Part shown: one piece after another, positions 52,741 through 64,000 of the stretch
Layout of the letters: every line of letters starts with the position of its first letter
Position numbering within the stretch: the stretch's first letter is position 1
Notes under the pieces: model-generated
The model's input: the letters and a program-made list of their open reading frames with translations, nothing else
What the model was told of the DNA's origin: nothing
The model's database searches: none
NCBI GenBank assembly: GCA_965235115.1
Contig: OZ249436.1
Span: forward strand, 37,016,001-37,080,000
From: Laetmonice hystrix
Lineage: Eukaryota
Direction: 5' to 3'
DNA: 64,000 nt
Made by a program: the position numbers and the translations under genes

Positions 52741-55700
52741 ATAAAAAATATATATATATACAACACACGTAGCCAGATTAATTAAACAGGCCCCGTAATG
52801 TACAGTATATACGGGATACATATCAATCATCATTCACAAATATGCTGTAAATTGTAATGTATCAATAATGTATAAAGAAACCGTGGCCAATAGAATGAAT
52901 TTAATGTAATAATATATCAGGTTAAGGTAGCATTTATACAATAATTTACATGTGTAGGAAAACATTGGCAATAGGAAATAACCACTGAATGATGGATGAA
53001 AACAAAACGGTCACTCTTGTAGATCTACTCCCGCAAGACAAAATTCAATGGCATTTTAATAGACACGACACGTAGCCACCCGTCCTCAGAGCCAACGTCA
53101 AACACTAAGTCAATAAGTGACTAACGAGGTTACTAGATTCTAAACTAGTAGATATCATATAGTCATAACTAACGTCGTTAGATTAAACGCTAATGTAGGC
53201 TCAGGCTAAGTATCAAATTCATGACATAAGACAAGTCGATCCAGTTAGACCGGCTAGCCTGACTAGCGTAGTGAGTAGTGTCTATCATTATCAATCAACT
53301 AGATCTAGTCTATAACAAAACTACAGCCACATTCACTAGATCTAGATCTACCCCGATAGTAAAGAACTAACGGTGACGTTAAATTCGGATTCACTCTAGA
53401 ACTAAACTCCTTGGGTATCTGTGACAGGACGACGAAGATGAATGCTGTCACTAAGACTAGTAAGAGTAAGAATCAAGACGTACCCAGACGCCATTTTGCT
53501 TAGCCTAGCCCTAGGCCTAACTCCTAGGAGATATAAAGATGGCTAAACCTAGGCCAACAGACTATGCCTAGAAAATGAAAGCAAGTACAAAAGACGGGTG
53601 ACCATTTTATAAAGACGTGACTAGAAACTCAACCTCGGATGAACTAAAATTAAGACGATTGAGAGTGATAAAATGCGACCGTTGCCACTGAAAACCGTTA
53701 CCCTGCGTGTCTTGAAGAAAGTGGGAAGATTCAAGGACAACGTCACGGTCGTCAACCGGTTGCGGCATGATGCATGATGGGATTCGGCGTGACATAATTA
53801 TTCAACACATGACCCAGAAAGTTGTTGCCATGACGGCACTGATTCAGACAGTAGGCCTCTCGTGTTTTCCTGCATAAAATTCGTTGAACCTTCGATTACA
53901 ACGTGCCTTGTTTACAGTAATACAAGCCTCTATAGCTTACTATAGCCATAAACGACTATCAGAAACTGCTGGAACTTCGTAACTGTCCACTCGTTAAAAT
54001 ATCAATGGGATTTTCAACATCCTCCCCAGGTTATTATTCCGTTCGCAAAAAAATCATTACCATAATTGAAAATTGTCCAAACGTGATGGTTATGGTAAAC
54101 GTATTTGAGCACTTGGCTCGATGTTGCCACTATTATCAAAGTCGTATTTTTATAAGTATTATGATAAGTTACGACTCCAATTATACGGCTCGCCAGTCAC
54201 ATTAATCAACATTCGGTATACAACGGATAATTTATAATAATATAGAAACATGCCAATAGCGTGTTTAGTCAAAGCATTCTTTTGACTAGTACCCCTTATT
54301 TGCAGCTGAGAACTGATGAATGAAACTCGCCAAACCTGATCAAATGCAATTAATCCATTTTTATTTCTTCTATGAATTTTTGAATCGCAGTTAAACTATA
54401 CGTGCATCAAGTGTTAATTGTAAAATACATAAATTAAAATATTCAAAGAGCGTTCACATGAATATAATCCGACGGTACAGAGATTAGTATATTCCAGAGT
54501 GGGGCATACATGGGGTGAGTCACTATACTGTTGGTCTGGGAATGCATGTCTGCAACGTATGTTATAGTCAATCTAACTATAATACAGTGACGACACTGTC
54601 CTAACACGGATGCTGAAGGTCTTCTTCAAGGCCAGACTGCTCTAACTCACGTAACAAGTCTCTTCAGAGTTGCAGACATCAGGCAGGACTCAAGGTAAAC
54701 CAAACTTCAGACATGATTTGGAGGTTATGCAGAATCAATTCGGTTTTGAAGGAGCGTTGTTCTGATTCAGGGCGATATAAGACGCATTCTGCAGTGCCAC
54801 TTCCTTGTGCATGCATGCGATGCCTGTGAATTTGTTTTTATTATTTAAAGGTAAATACACATTCTGCAAAATTCCCAAGGAAATTGTTTTCAGCGTGTTT
54901 GGCCCCTAAATGAATCTTTTTCATGGGGTTGGCATTATCTTATACCGTCAAAGAATGGTATTTTCTTTAGACTGTGAAGTAATTTTTGTGTGACCGAGCG
55001 AGTGAAGGAAGAGCGTGGTAGAAGGACTTTTAGAGTACGATACAACATTGACGGCAGGGCACGTACAAAAACAGCTTGGAATCATACATCTCGAAGACTT
55101 GGGACAACTCCTCTCGCTTACTCCCTGGAACTTTCTCGAAAATATAAACTTAGACCTAAACCTCTAAACGGATCTCTACCACATGCCTTCCGTCGCAAAG
55201 TATAAAGTAGATATACTACAACTCAAGAGCAGCATCCTAATATGTTAGATGAGCATCCTAATAGGTTAGATGAGGCTTTATACTACATAAATCAATAAAT
55301 GTATACCCAAAGAAATGGAGGAATCTAAAGAAATTCAACAAGCCAGTTGCCTGTTGTCGCTACACTGAAAATCTTTCTGACTAACAAGTTAGAAAAAAAG
55401 TACTAACCTCTTAGTCTTTATGGCTGTGTCTAAAATGACTGACCCCCCATAGCCTTTATGGCTAGCAACTTAGTCAATCAAATTTGATTGACTAATAGTT
55501 AGTCTTTTTGTCTAACATCCGATCCACTCGGCATGTGCTTTGGTCCCCATACCCAAATGGTAAATCCCACTGAAAAAATAACAAACATCTGAGATGCACG
55601 AAAAATACACACTTTGTATTGTATTTAAGTCACCGTATTCAAACTTACAGTATCCATGCAGTACCCATTATGGGTATACACTTGAAGTTACAACAGTAAA

Positions 55701-56453
55701 GGTTTACTGTCCTTAGCTGTGCCTACAATGCGTTAACAATGCAGTCACTAGCTGTACATACCTACAATGCATAACTGGTAAATACTACTGAGAAAAATTA
55801 CAAACATCTTAGGTGCACTAAATACAAGCTTCGTTTTGTACTAAAGTCACTAAATAAAACTGTTTTTATTACTTCGTTTAGTTAAAAGACACTATTAGAA
55901 AAAGAAAATTATAATCGTCACCATTCGTCTTGGAAAATTATTTAAAATCTGGCCCAGTCCTACGTAGGCCCAGTCCTAACGTCAGTGCAACGCCCCCTGG
56001 GCTTGATAGAAGTTGTCCGTCTGCAGCATGCTGACGCCCTGTATCACAATGCTGAAGCTGTCCTCTTCGTTCAGGGAACTGAACAATTGTTTTTTTTGGT
56101 TTGAATATACGGTGCAAAATCGTTCTTCTGAAGAAGAAAAAAATTACCAATATTCAGACTATTTCAAATATTTATAAGAAATTGTTGTCATACATCATAT
56201 TTAACAAAATTAGTTTGCAATACAACTATGTACAGTAAACCCCCATTATACCCCCCCTCCCCCCAGCCTATCGCCAACCTTCCTTATTGCCAAAGCTTGA
56301 GCACCGATCACTTGTATCTCAAAGTACATAAATTAGCCCCATTATACCGCTCCCCCAGCTATCCGCCATCGCCAACACATTGCCTGATACATTCCTATAC
56401 TATAATTCATTACAAAATACCCTGTCATACCGCCAGTGGCTTATACCATTCAA

Positions 56454-57924
56454 CAGGGGCGCCGCTGCCGGGGGGGACGGGGGGACATGTCCCCCCCACT
56501 TTTGGCGGCGACCTAAAAAGGTCAAAGGCTCCTTGAAGTTGAAGCTAGGCCTAATAATCTACAGGTCTTCTTATACTCCCTATGCCTAGCTTTTTAAGGT
56601 GAATTGCCCATGGGAGGCAAATTAAAGATAGATTTTCATCATTTTTATTCTTGGCCTTCGCAGGCCTAAGCCTATGTCATGTGTTTAGAAGATAGGTCTA
56701 TGCTTTGCTGTTCTATAATTAATATGGGCCTAACCGCGGCCTAGATCCCCTGCAGCTTCCCTGTGTACCTTAGTCCTACCACACTGGCGGATCCAGGGTA
56801 GGGGGTCACATAGGGTCTGGACCCCCCTAAAATATATATATTTCATGGCGCCCCTCCTACCGTTCATGGCGCCTCACGGCTTTGTAGGGCTACATAAGAC
56901 TTTTGACATCATTGGTCTTTAAATAGCTTTGTGCTCCAAAATGCATCAGATTTCACCAAATTACACCTTGAATTTGAAAAGTTTCCGGGGGGCATGCCCC
57001 CGGACCCCCTAGCAAGGCTTTGTGCCTTCGGCGCTCGAACAGTCACACCGGTTGCGTCCCTTAAAACATTGGCCCCCCTACTTGAAAAAGCTGGATCTGC
57101 CCCTGTACTGTCTCTTGCTTAGCTCATAGACCTGAATATTCAGGTCAATCTTAAGCTCTAGGAAATCTAGGCCACGCTTTAATTATTGTCTGACAGCGTT
57201 AGGCCTGCGGCTGTCAACATTTTTCACCCCCATGTTGGGCCTTCCTATTTGATTTTGAAGAAAAAGACCTCATGCGTGAATGTATTCAAATAATGAGTGA
57301 AGTTTACCAATTTTTACTAGGCCTAGTGTGGTAGAATAGAAAGTGGCAAGTAGGATGGGGACGGTCTCTATTTTATTTGGTAAAAGTGTGTTTTGAGGCC
57401 TAATCGTCAACTTTTTTGGCTTCTGATAAATATTGCTTGATACTGTTTTTTTGTGATGTCAACGGCCAGGTGGGGCCCACCTAAAAAATTTGTTTTGCCT
57501 CGCTACGCTCGGCATGATTTCATTGTAACTGTACTAATAGTATAATACATCTTCATACAAAAAAGGAAGATCTAAGGGGAGGCAAGCCCCCTGATTAATC
57601 CCTCACTGATTAATACATTAATCTTGAGCAAAAGGTCGGCACCGAAAGCTCTTTAGTTTGATGCTGAGAAGCCGGGAAATAGCACTGATGGCCTTTTATA
57701 TTCCCAAAGTCGGAGCCCCCCCCCCTTTTGGCGCGTGGCACCTTCTGACCCCCCCCCCCCCCCCCCCCCAAGAAAATCCTGGGTCCGCCCCTTGGGGGGG
57801 GGGGGGTGAATACACTGTTATTTTGCAATTCTTATGGTACATAAATCTTGGGGGAAAAGGTCAAACACACCAAGATTGTCTCCCCCCCCCCCCCCCCACT
57901 TTGAAATAGGCAGCGGCGCCCCTG
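56454..57924. mobile_element. hAT-like non-autonomous element with 5-bp TSD (hAT5-like), nested in the CACTA element
   Basis: TTCAA|CAGGGGCGCCGCTGCC...GGCAGCGGCGCCCCTG|TTCAA (perfect 16-bp TIR). Confidence 0.85.
56782..57105. mobile_element. hAT-like MITE nested in 56454-57924
   Basis: CACTGGCGGATCCAG...CTGGATCTGCCCCTG. Confidence 0.65.
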
Positions 57925-59126
57925 TTCAACACTCAGTCTCTTCAAGGTGGACCATTATCGTTCACACCCAAGCTTGACCAGCCCCAGCAGTGGTAGTCGG
58001 CCATTAAAGTTAGACACGCGTGATACTGCTATATAACATTAACATAATTCAGAAAAAGTAATCAATATTCAATGTAAAGTATAAAACCAGGACGGTCATA
58101 AATACTTACCATGCAAGGCCTCTGTCTGGGTCAGCTGCTGATTCTGCAGCGAGACGACAACACCGTTCCACATCTCCTTGGCACTTAGAGAGGGCGATAA
58201 GGGTTGGTGTGAATTTTCCAGAATGACATCACTTTTGTAGGGTGGTTTTAATCTCTGGTATTCCTTTGGGAACTATGCATGAAAACAGAAAATAAGCCCA
58301 GAGATTACTTCCCTGCTATGTATACCATCAGGTCTCAGAGCAAAACATGTAGAATCTAGATTTCCGTTGAAGTGCACCTCTTCCTCAAACACTAAACCTG
58401 TGCATGAAAACAGACAATAGACCCAGAGATTACTTACCTGCTATATGTATACCGTCAAGTTTCACAGCAAAACATGTAGATTTCATCTAGATTTCAGCCA
58501 GGGTTTACCTCTTTCTAGAACACTAACACTGGACACTAACTAACACTAACACATTACGCTTGCAATACTCACAGCTTTCAATATATCCCACCGACGAACA
58601 GAAAACGTGGGGTCCATGACAGTGTCGACCAAGGTCACGTCCTGCACTCTCGTTTTGGCTTCTGCCACCAGGCAGTAACTTTTAAAAAAAGACAATGATG
58701 GCAAGAAATAGACGATGATACAATGACAAAAATATCAACTGAAAAGTGCCTGCAAGTTCAAATATAAAACAGGTTTGTTCAAATATTAGGCTAAGCTCAT
58801 TAGTCTAGAGCCTCATATTTATAATATGGAGTAATCAGAATTTGAAGTCGAGAGTCACTGTTCCCTATAGGCATCACAAAAATAAATTCGCCGATTTGAG
58901 CCCCCACAAATAAAAAAGTCAAGTCAAAATACTCTTAAATAAACACGGCAGTTCAGGTCCATGTACCGGATTAAAACTCCACAGTAATGTACAAATACCC
59001 TGCTTAATATTATTATAGTAAATTTTTCTGCCACGCAAAATCACGTAGCAGGCGGGACGGGCAGGGGGTTGGCTCGTTCCAAGTTCACTAAATGACTGGA
59101 TACCCTAGAACGTATCTAGATTATAT

Positions 59127-61039
59127 GGGCCATTTTCAGCAAAGTGTGCACATTATAAGTAAAAAGTGTCCATGCCTTTTTTGGTCAACTGCAGCATCAT
59201 AACATAATTTTTGGGGGAGAAATTAATAAAAAATGACTTTTCCACTTAAAAGAAAATTGTTTTATAGTTCCTTGCTATACCAAACACAAATGCCAGATAT
59301 TAACATGGCAAAAATGTCCATACCGTTACCTGGCAAAAGTGGAACCTCCATTACAAAACCTTTGCAATGTCGCAATTGGCTTTATTGGTGGAACTATAAT
59401 CTCTGTTTCCATAATAACAATTACTTAAGCCTTCACGAAAAGGAATATTTATTACTCTCTTGCGATTATTGCATAATTTTGCTGCCATGGATACTTTGGC
59501 CGGAGTTTTGAAAGACCCATGTCTTTACCGTTACCATAAACAACAAGCTACAAGATAACTTCACCCAAACTCAACAGATGGTACTGCTACAGTACACAGA
59601 ACAAGACCAGGATATAAGGAAGCCATATTGTCTTCAAAGTCAAACTTATGTTTTAAACTGTTGTAAGAATCTGTCAGGTAAGTTTACGTAATCTATTATG
59701 TCTCATTAATTAATCGTCTTTACCGTTACCATCAATAAATGTATGAAAACTCATAGAATCTTTGTAGCAAACATTTATCAATTAAACAGGTTTTATTGTC
59801 CTTATCTGAACAGAAATTTAGGGGGCACATGGCAAAAAGTCATTTTGTAGAATTCAAAAGGTGTCTTTACCGTTACTGAAATTTGTCTTTACCATTACCT
59901 TTCACAGGTAACGGCAGAGACAAGATGGTAACGGTGAAGACATAATTAATATAATCCAGATTTTTTTTTAACATTGCTGGACCCTGGATCAGTGTATGAT
60001 CTTGGAAAACACTGGTGGACTGATAAAGGCACATTAACAAAAAATTTCAAGGTCAAAGGGCAAATTGATTCAGAAGTTTAGAATTTAGGTCTTTTCCATG
60101 TGCTAAAAATGTTAAATGAGTAGACCAACAGGATTGTTAGAAAGTAATTCTGACTAATTTTCTAGGCTATGAAAAAGTTTGATTCCACTTATTTGGAGGT
60201 TTATCATTATCAAATGCTAAATGATAATTTTTAAAAGTTAGTATTCCCATCTCCAGGTGTAAACAACTTATTCATCGTCATTGTATTTCTGAAATTATAA
60301 GAAATGTATATTAATATGTTGTAAAAAAAAATTCTAACAAAATATAAAATATCACATGGTGTAACTTTTAAATTTCCTATCTTTTCCAGATTAAAGTTAT
60401 CCAGGATGCCCTCGTGCCGGTGGTTCAAAACCTAAATCAAAAGCAGAAATGATGAGGGTCATGCAGGCGATATTATGCCAGTATGCTCCTTCTATTAATT
60501 TTTAATCATTCAGGGAGTCCTGTTATGATTATTCCTTTTACCTATTTGTGTTTAAATAAAAAAGTTTTTATAATATTCATGAAGTTAGTAGTTAATATTT
60601 TATCCAGGTGATGAGAGTAACGGTAAAGACATCTCTTTACCGTTACTGGTTACAGTACATGTTAAGTTTCTTACTGTTTCAATGCAAAGCCTTGGCATCA
60701 ATCAACTTGACACAGTATTATATTACCTCTAACAGGTCAGAATAACCTCATAGTTGTTTCATTTGACCTCCCTTCTAGGCCTACTAAAGTTTGTTAACTT
60801 TTTATGGTAACGGTAAAGACACACCTGTCTTTCCTGTTACTATGGTAACGGTAAAGACATCCGTGTAAAACTTAATTTTCAATCTTTATGAAAAATTTGC
60901 AGTTTCCAGTGTTGCAGCTCCGGAGAATCTTATATATCATTGAAAGGAGAGGGATTCACCTGTCTTTGGCCAAAAACAAAATAAGTTTTATTTTTTAATT
61001 GTCTTTACCGTTACTGGCACGTTTCTGTGAAAATGGCCC
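59127..61039. mobile_element. Non-autonomous DNA transposon, Sola2-like (ISL2EU not excluded), 1.9 kb, nested in a CACTA intron
   Basis: ATAT|GGGCCATTTTCA...TGAAAATGGCCC|ATAT; motif GTCTTTACCGTTAC dispersed in both orientations. Confidence 0.75.
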
Positions 61040-61126
61040 ATATGATCAAATCATAGAATTCGAGATCAATGAAGTAGGTTGGTCTTCAACAACACTACTG
61101 GCGCTGTGGGTAGCGCCAGTAGAGGC

Positions 61127-61495
61127 CAGGGGCGGATCCAGGATTTTTTTTTCGGGGGGGGGGGGGGGGGGACAGGTGTATGGGTGTCTGAATCGACCCA
61201 TAGCTACCTGACATGGGCAAGGGTCACTCAGTTGGGGGGGGGGGGCAGGGCCGTGCCCAGAGATTGGTGCAGGGGGGGGGGGGGTTAATTGGTGCGGGGG
61301 GGGGGGTGTTACAGCGGACGGACGTTATTTAGGACCTAAAAAAACAATTTAAAAAAATCTTTGGCGCCCAGGGGGGTTACAGACACCCAAAAACCCCTCC
61401 TGGGCACGGCCCTGGGGGGGGGGGGCAAAACCCTGCTTTTGAAAAATTTCGGGGGGCCAGGCCCCCTGTGCCCCCCCCCCCTAAATCCGCCACTG
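61127..61495. mobile_element. hAT-like MITE with a second MITE (61246-61414) inserted in its poly-G tract
   Basis: Outer CAGGGGCGGAT...ATCCGCCACTG; inner CAGGGCCGTGCCCAG...CTGGGCACGGCCCTG flanked by G runs. Confidence 0.75.
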
Positions 61496-62670
61496 CAGTA
61501 CTTAAGACTTTGGGTTTAGGCTAGGCCGAGCTCGTAACGTATGTTGTTAGCCGTTAGGCGGCCATATTGTCACGAGCGTCTCTGTTGTCGGAAGAACCGA
61601 CCTAAATGCGCACAGATTACTTATACTGACTGAATTCCTATACCCTCTAAGACTTCTTGACCACTCAGACATTAGGTGTAGGCTAGGTGATGAGAGTGTA
61701 CGGAAAACTTACCTTGAAATCGTTCCACTGTCTGACTTGGCCTTGGCGCTGAACTTCCCGCCATTAGAGCAGGCATGGAGCTATAGGTTCAACGTTTATC
61801 TTCGGAAAAGAGTTTCACGTAGAGTACTAGCCTAACTAGGCCTAGACCTACATGGCCGTAGTCCTACACTTGACACAGAAAGATTTAGACTCTCTGTGTT
61901 TAATTTCCACGCTGTGTTTGCATTTTAGAGAACCTAAAGACGCAGTCTTCCGAAACCACTGCTTGTAATCTGGGACTATCTCTGTCTGATGTGTTGATTT
62001 ACACTCGTCTTTTTGACTAACGTTGTTAGACAAATCTGACTAGGGTTAGTCTTTGATGAAATGTCTAACCCGATCTTAGCGAAAATTGACTAAGTTAGTC
62101 AAATGACTAAGGGTTGAGATTTTCAGTGTAGCAGCGATCGTCTTATGGCTGGCTGTTGGCATGGCATTGACTTGAAGAGCCAATGGAATTCACCGGGCGA
62201 TAAACCGATGAATTTCATTGGCTGTTCAAGTCTACAGCCCGCATTTTTGAGGCATTGAAAATAAGAGACAGTCGCTATTTGCTTTAAGCCTTAGCGATGT
62301 ATCATTATATATTGAACTAATTATGCATCTGACATTCACGTACAATCAAGAGATGCTGATGATATCATAACCACAACAATGACCATTTCTGTAATAAAAA
62401 ATAGTATTATAATATAACCATAGTATGTAATATTCCTTTTATCGCTGCTAGGTTAAATAATTAATGTATTCCAATAATAATTCCACTTCGGCGCTATAAT
62501 TATGTGGTATGGAGTATGGATGGCATGCCATTAGAAGCAAAGTCCATTAACGAAAAAACTATTGAGTTGCTGTTTCTATTATCACACAATTTACATTAAT
62601 CCTTAAGGTGAATGTTGATGTAACCAAAACGTTCCGACAGTCAAATGTAATGCCATTAAAAGGCGAAAAA

Positions 62671-62963
62671 TGGGGCGAGGGTTGGTCTGTTCAAAGTTCG
62701 GATTGCAAAATTATGTGCGCAATCATGTATGGCACATATCGATTTGCATCCTTCCTAAAGCCTTTATCTCACTGCCCCCCAAGTGCTCGGCAAAGGGGTC
62801 TTTGGTATGTTCAGCAGTGTCTGCGCGACTGGGCATAGAAATTTACCCTGCTTTATTTCGAAAAAAAAGAGTAGGGGGTTTTGGTTTCATATCGCCCAGA
62901 ATATGGCTGAAATACTGCCGAGAGGGAGTAAAATCCCCCGGCTCACAATTCATTCACTCACAC
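62671..62963 (+). mobile_element. Meta-domain SINE with a different 3' tail
   Basis: TTTGGTATGTTCAGCAGTGTCTGCGCGACTGGGCATAG..TTCGAAAAAAAAGAGTAGG, then tail ATATGGCTGAAATACTGCCGA..ATTCATTCACTCAC. Confidence 0.65.
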
Positions 62964-64000
62964 ACCTTGCTCTGGTAATGTGAGTTTTTGATAAATAATC
63001 TGACACATATCTTTTCAGACCCCCCCACCTCTTCCCCCGACTAATGCTGGCTGCACCCCTGCACTTCTACATAATGGGAACATGTTAGAGTCATTCCTCA
63101 ATTACCTATTCCTCTCAAAATGCTGCGTGTATTGTCAGATAAGTGGTTTGTTTTCATGACACACTTATTAATAGAATGTATGTCAATGGTCCTGTATCAT
63201 GGATGCGTCACCTTCAAGTATACAATAACAGACTAGAGCATCGGTTAAGTCTGATACAGTTGGCATTTATACAGTGTCACACTATAAAATAACATGGTCG
63301 ACTTCTATCATAAGATTCTTCGCTACAAATGGAAGGAATTAATATGATCGTATGGTCATTGTATAGGCTACAACATTTCAAGTTTATTATGCAGGGTCAA
63401 TATAAAACCTTATGCCAAGCATGTGGGTTTTAGGGGCATGTGCATAAGTGCATACATGTGGCCATTAAAGAAAATATTTTTCGAATTTTGACGTTAAATA
63501 TTTCGAAAACATCAATTTTTGGGACACAATTTTAATTTGGTCCAAGTGTGTGAAAGACTTAACGTCACAACTCAACAGATCATTTTCTGTCCGCCGAATA
63601 TATGTATAAGCTCTGCCGCTCATCATGACTGTATACATTTACACGCGTCGGTCACATGTAACTGTGACGGATATAATATTTTTAATGTTTTCCTTCCTAT
63701 TATGATAATGCAAATTGTTCGACTCAACCATCGTGTCCCCTCCCGAGCTTCAACTTGTTTGGTACGGCGTGAATCTAAGATTAGCTATTCCTCCTTTGTT
63801 CAGTGAGCGCTCGAGTGATTCAGTTTCGTCACTTACTAATTTGCCAGAAACTGTATCTATTTTGACGTAATGACCTTTCCGACACCTCCAAGGAGGTGTT
63901 AATAATGTATGGAGAACAGTGCGCTCCACTCCACATTCCTAAATAGAAACGTTGGCCTTCAACTCCGGGTTTCCCAGGGATGTGGGCAGGTGGTGCAAGT

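Larger units (their letters stand above)
46751..53909 (+). mobile_element. Long Helentron/HINE (7.16 kb), unit 2, with cargo ORF and central satellite arrays
   Basis: 5' block 46751-47313 matches 45956-46482; 3' block 53686-53907 matches 46529-46750. Same asymmetric inverted repeats and 3' hairpin; ends at TT. Confidence 0.7.
55985..61776 (-). pseudogene. Decayed spliced CACTA accessory gene (SAMD3-like ORF)
   Basis: GT-AG exons 61713-61776 (MPALMAGSS..VERFQ), 58573-58678 (..DTVMDPTFSVRRWDILKA), 58110-58272 (FPKEYQRL..) and 56127 down to about 55985 (..DSFSIVIQGVSMLQTDNFYQAQGAL). Motifs resemble MDxTFxxRRxxI / EFxRI / IVIEG of SAMD3-like EnSpm proteins; exon phases are incomplete. Confidence 0.6.
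55363..62128 (-). mobile_element. CACTA/EnSpm (CMC) element, 6.77 kb, deletion derivative with nested MITEs
   Basis: TA|CACTGAAAATC...GATTTTCAGTG|TA; GACTAA/TTAGTC subterminal repeats at both ends. The empty site is confirmed by the intact MITE at 18.7 kb. Confidence 0.9.
55258..62283. mobile_element. Kolobok-type MITE (18579 family) split in two by the CACTA insertion
   Basis: 55258-55362 and 62129-62283 join to reproduce about 18630-18885; right end ...ATTTGCT|TTAA. Confidence 0.8.

Noticed and set aside
45956..53909. Ngaro/DIRS split-direct-repeat retrotransposon (A..B-A-B on the minus strand)
   Set aside because: The repeat order fits, but no RT, RNase H or tyrosine recombinase remnant was seen. 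Asymmetric inverted repeats, 3' hairpin, TT target and central tandem repeats fit Helentron better. Not formally excluded.
61095..61122. Perfect 11-bp hairpin CTACTGGCGCT-GTGGGT-AGCGCCAGTAG as a terminator or Helitron end
   Set aside because: There is no poly-T or CTRR terminus in the expected place; it sits between nested MITEs with no assignable function.

Overview
This window is animal genomic DNA, not prokaryotic. GT-AG exons, Meta-domain SINEs and TTAGGG-like motifs point to an invertebrate, possibly a lophotrochozoan. I see no intact host gene, rRNA, tRNA or CRISPR array, and nearly all listed ORFs are spurious. It is a dense, nested transposon graveyard with five main parts. (1) A head-to-tail Helentron/Helitron2-type (HINE) dimer at 45956-53909; its long unit carries an unknown ORF and a graded satellite array. 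(2) A 2.96-kb Academ-derived foldback palindrome at 30951-33908 with a TAT target-site duplication (TSD), whose arms run into transposase coding sequence; a decayed RecQ helicase exon lies next to it. (3) A 6.77-kb CACTA/EnSpm element at 55363-62128 (TA TSD) with decayed spliced SAMD3-like exons; it splits a Kolobok-type MITE and holds several nested MITEs. (4) hAT-like MITEs with apparent 5-bp TSDs, two copies of a 2-kb Harbinger-like element, Kolobok- and Sola-like MITEs and four Meta-SINE copies. (5) Two recent kb-scale tandem duplications plus mini- and microsatellites. Superfamily names rest on terminus/TSD rules and motifs recognised by eye; no database search was run.
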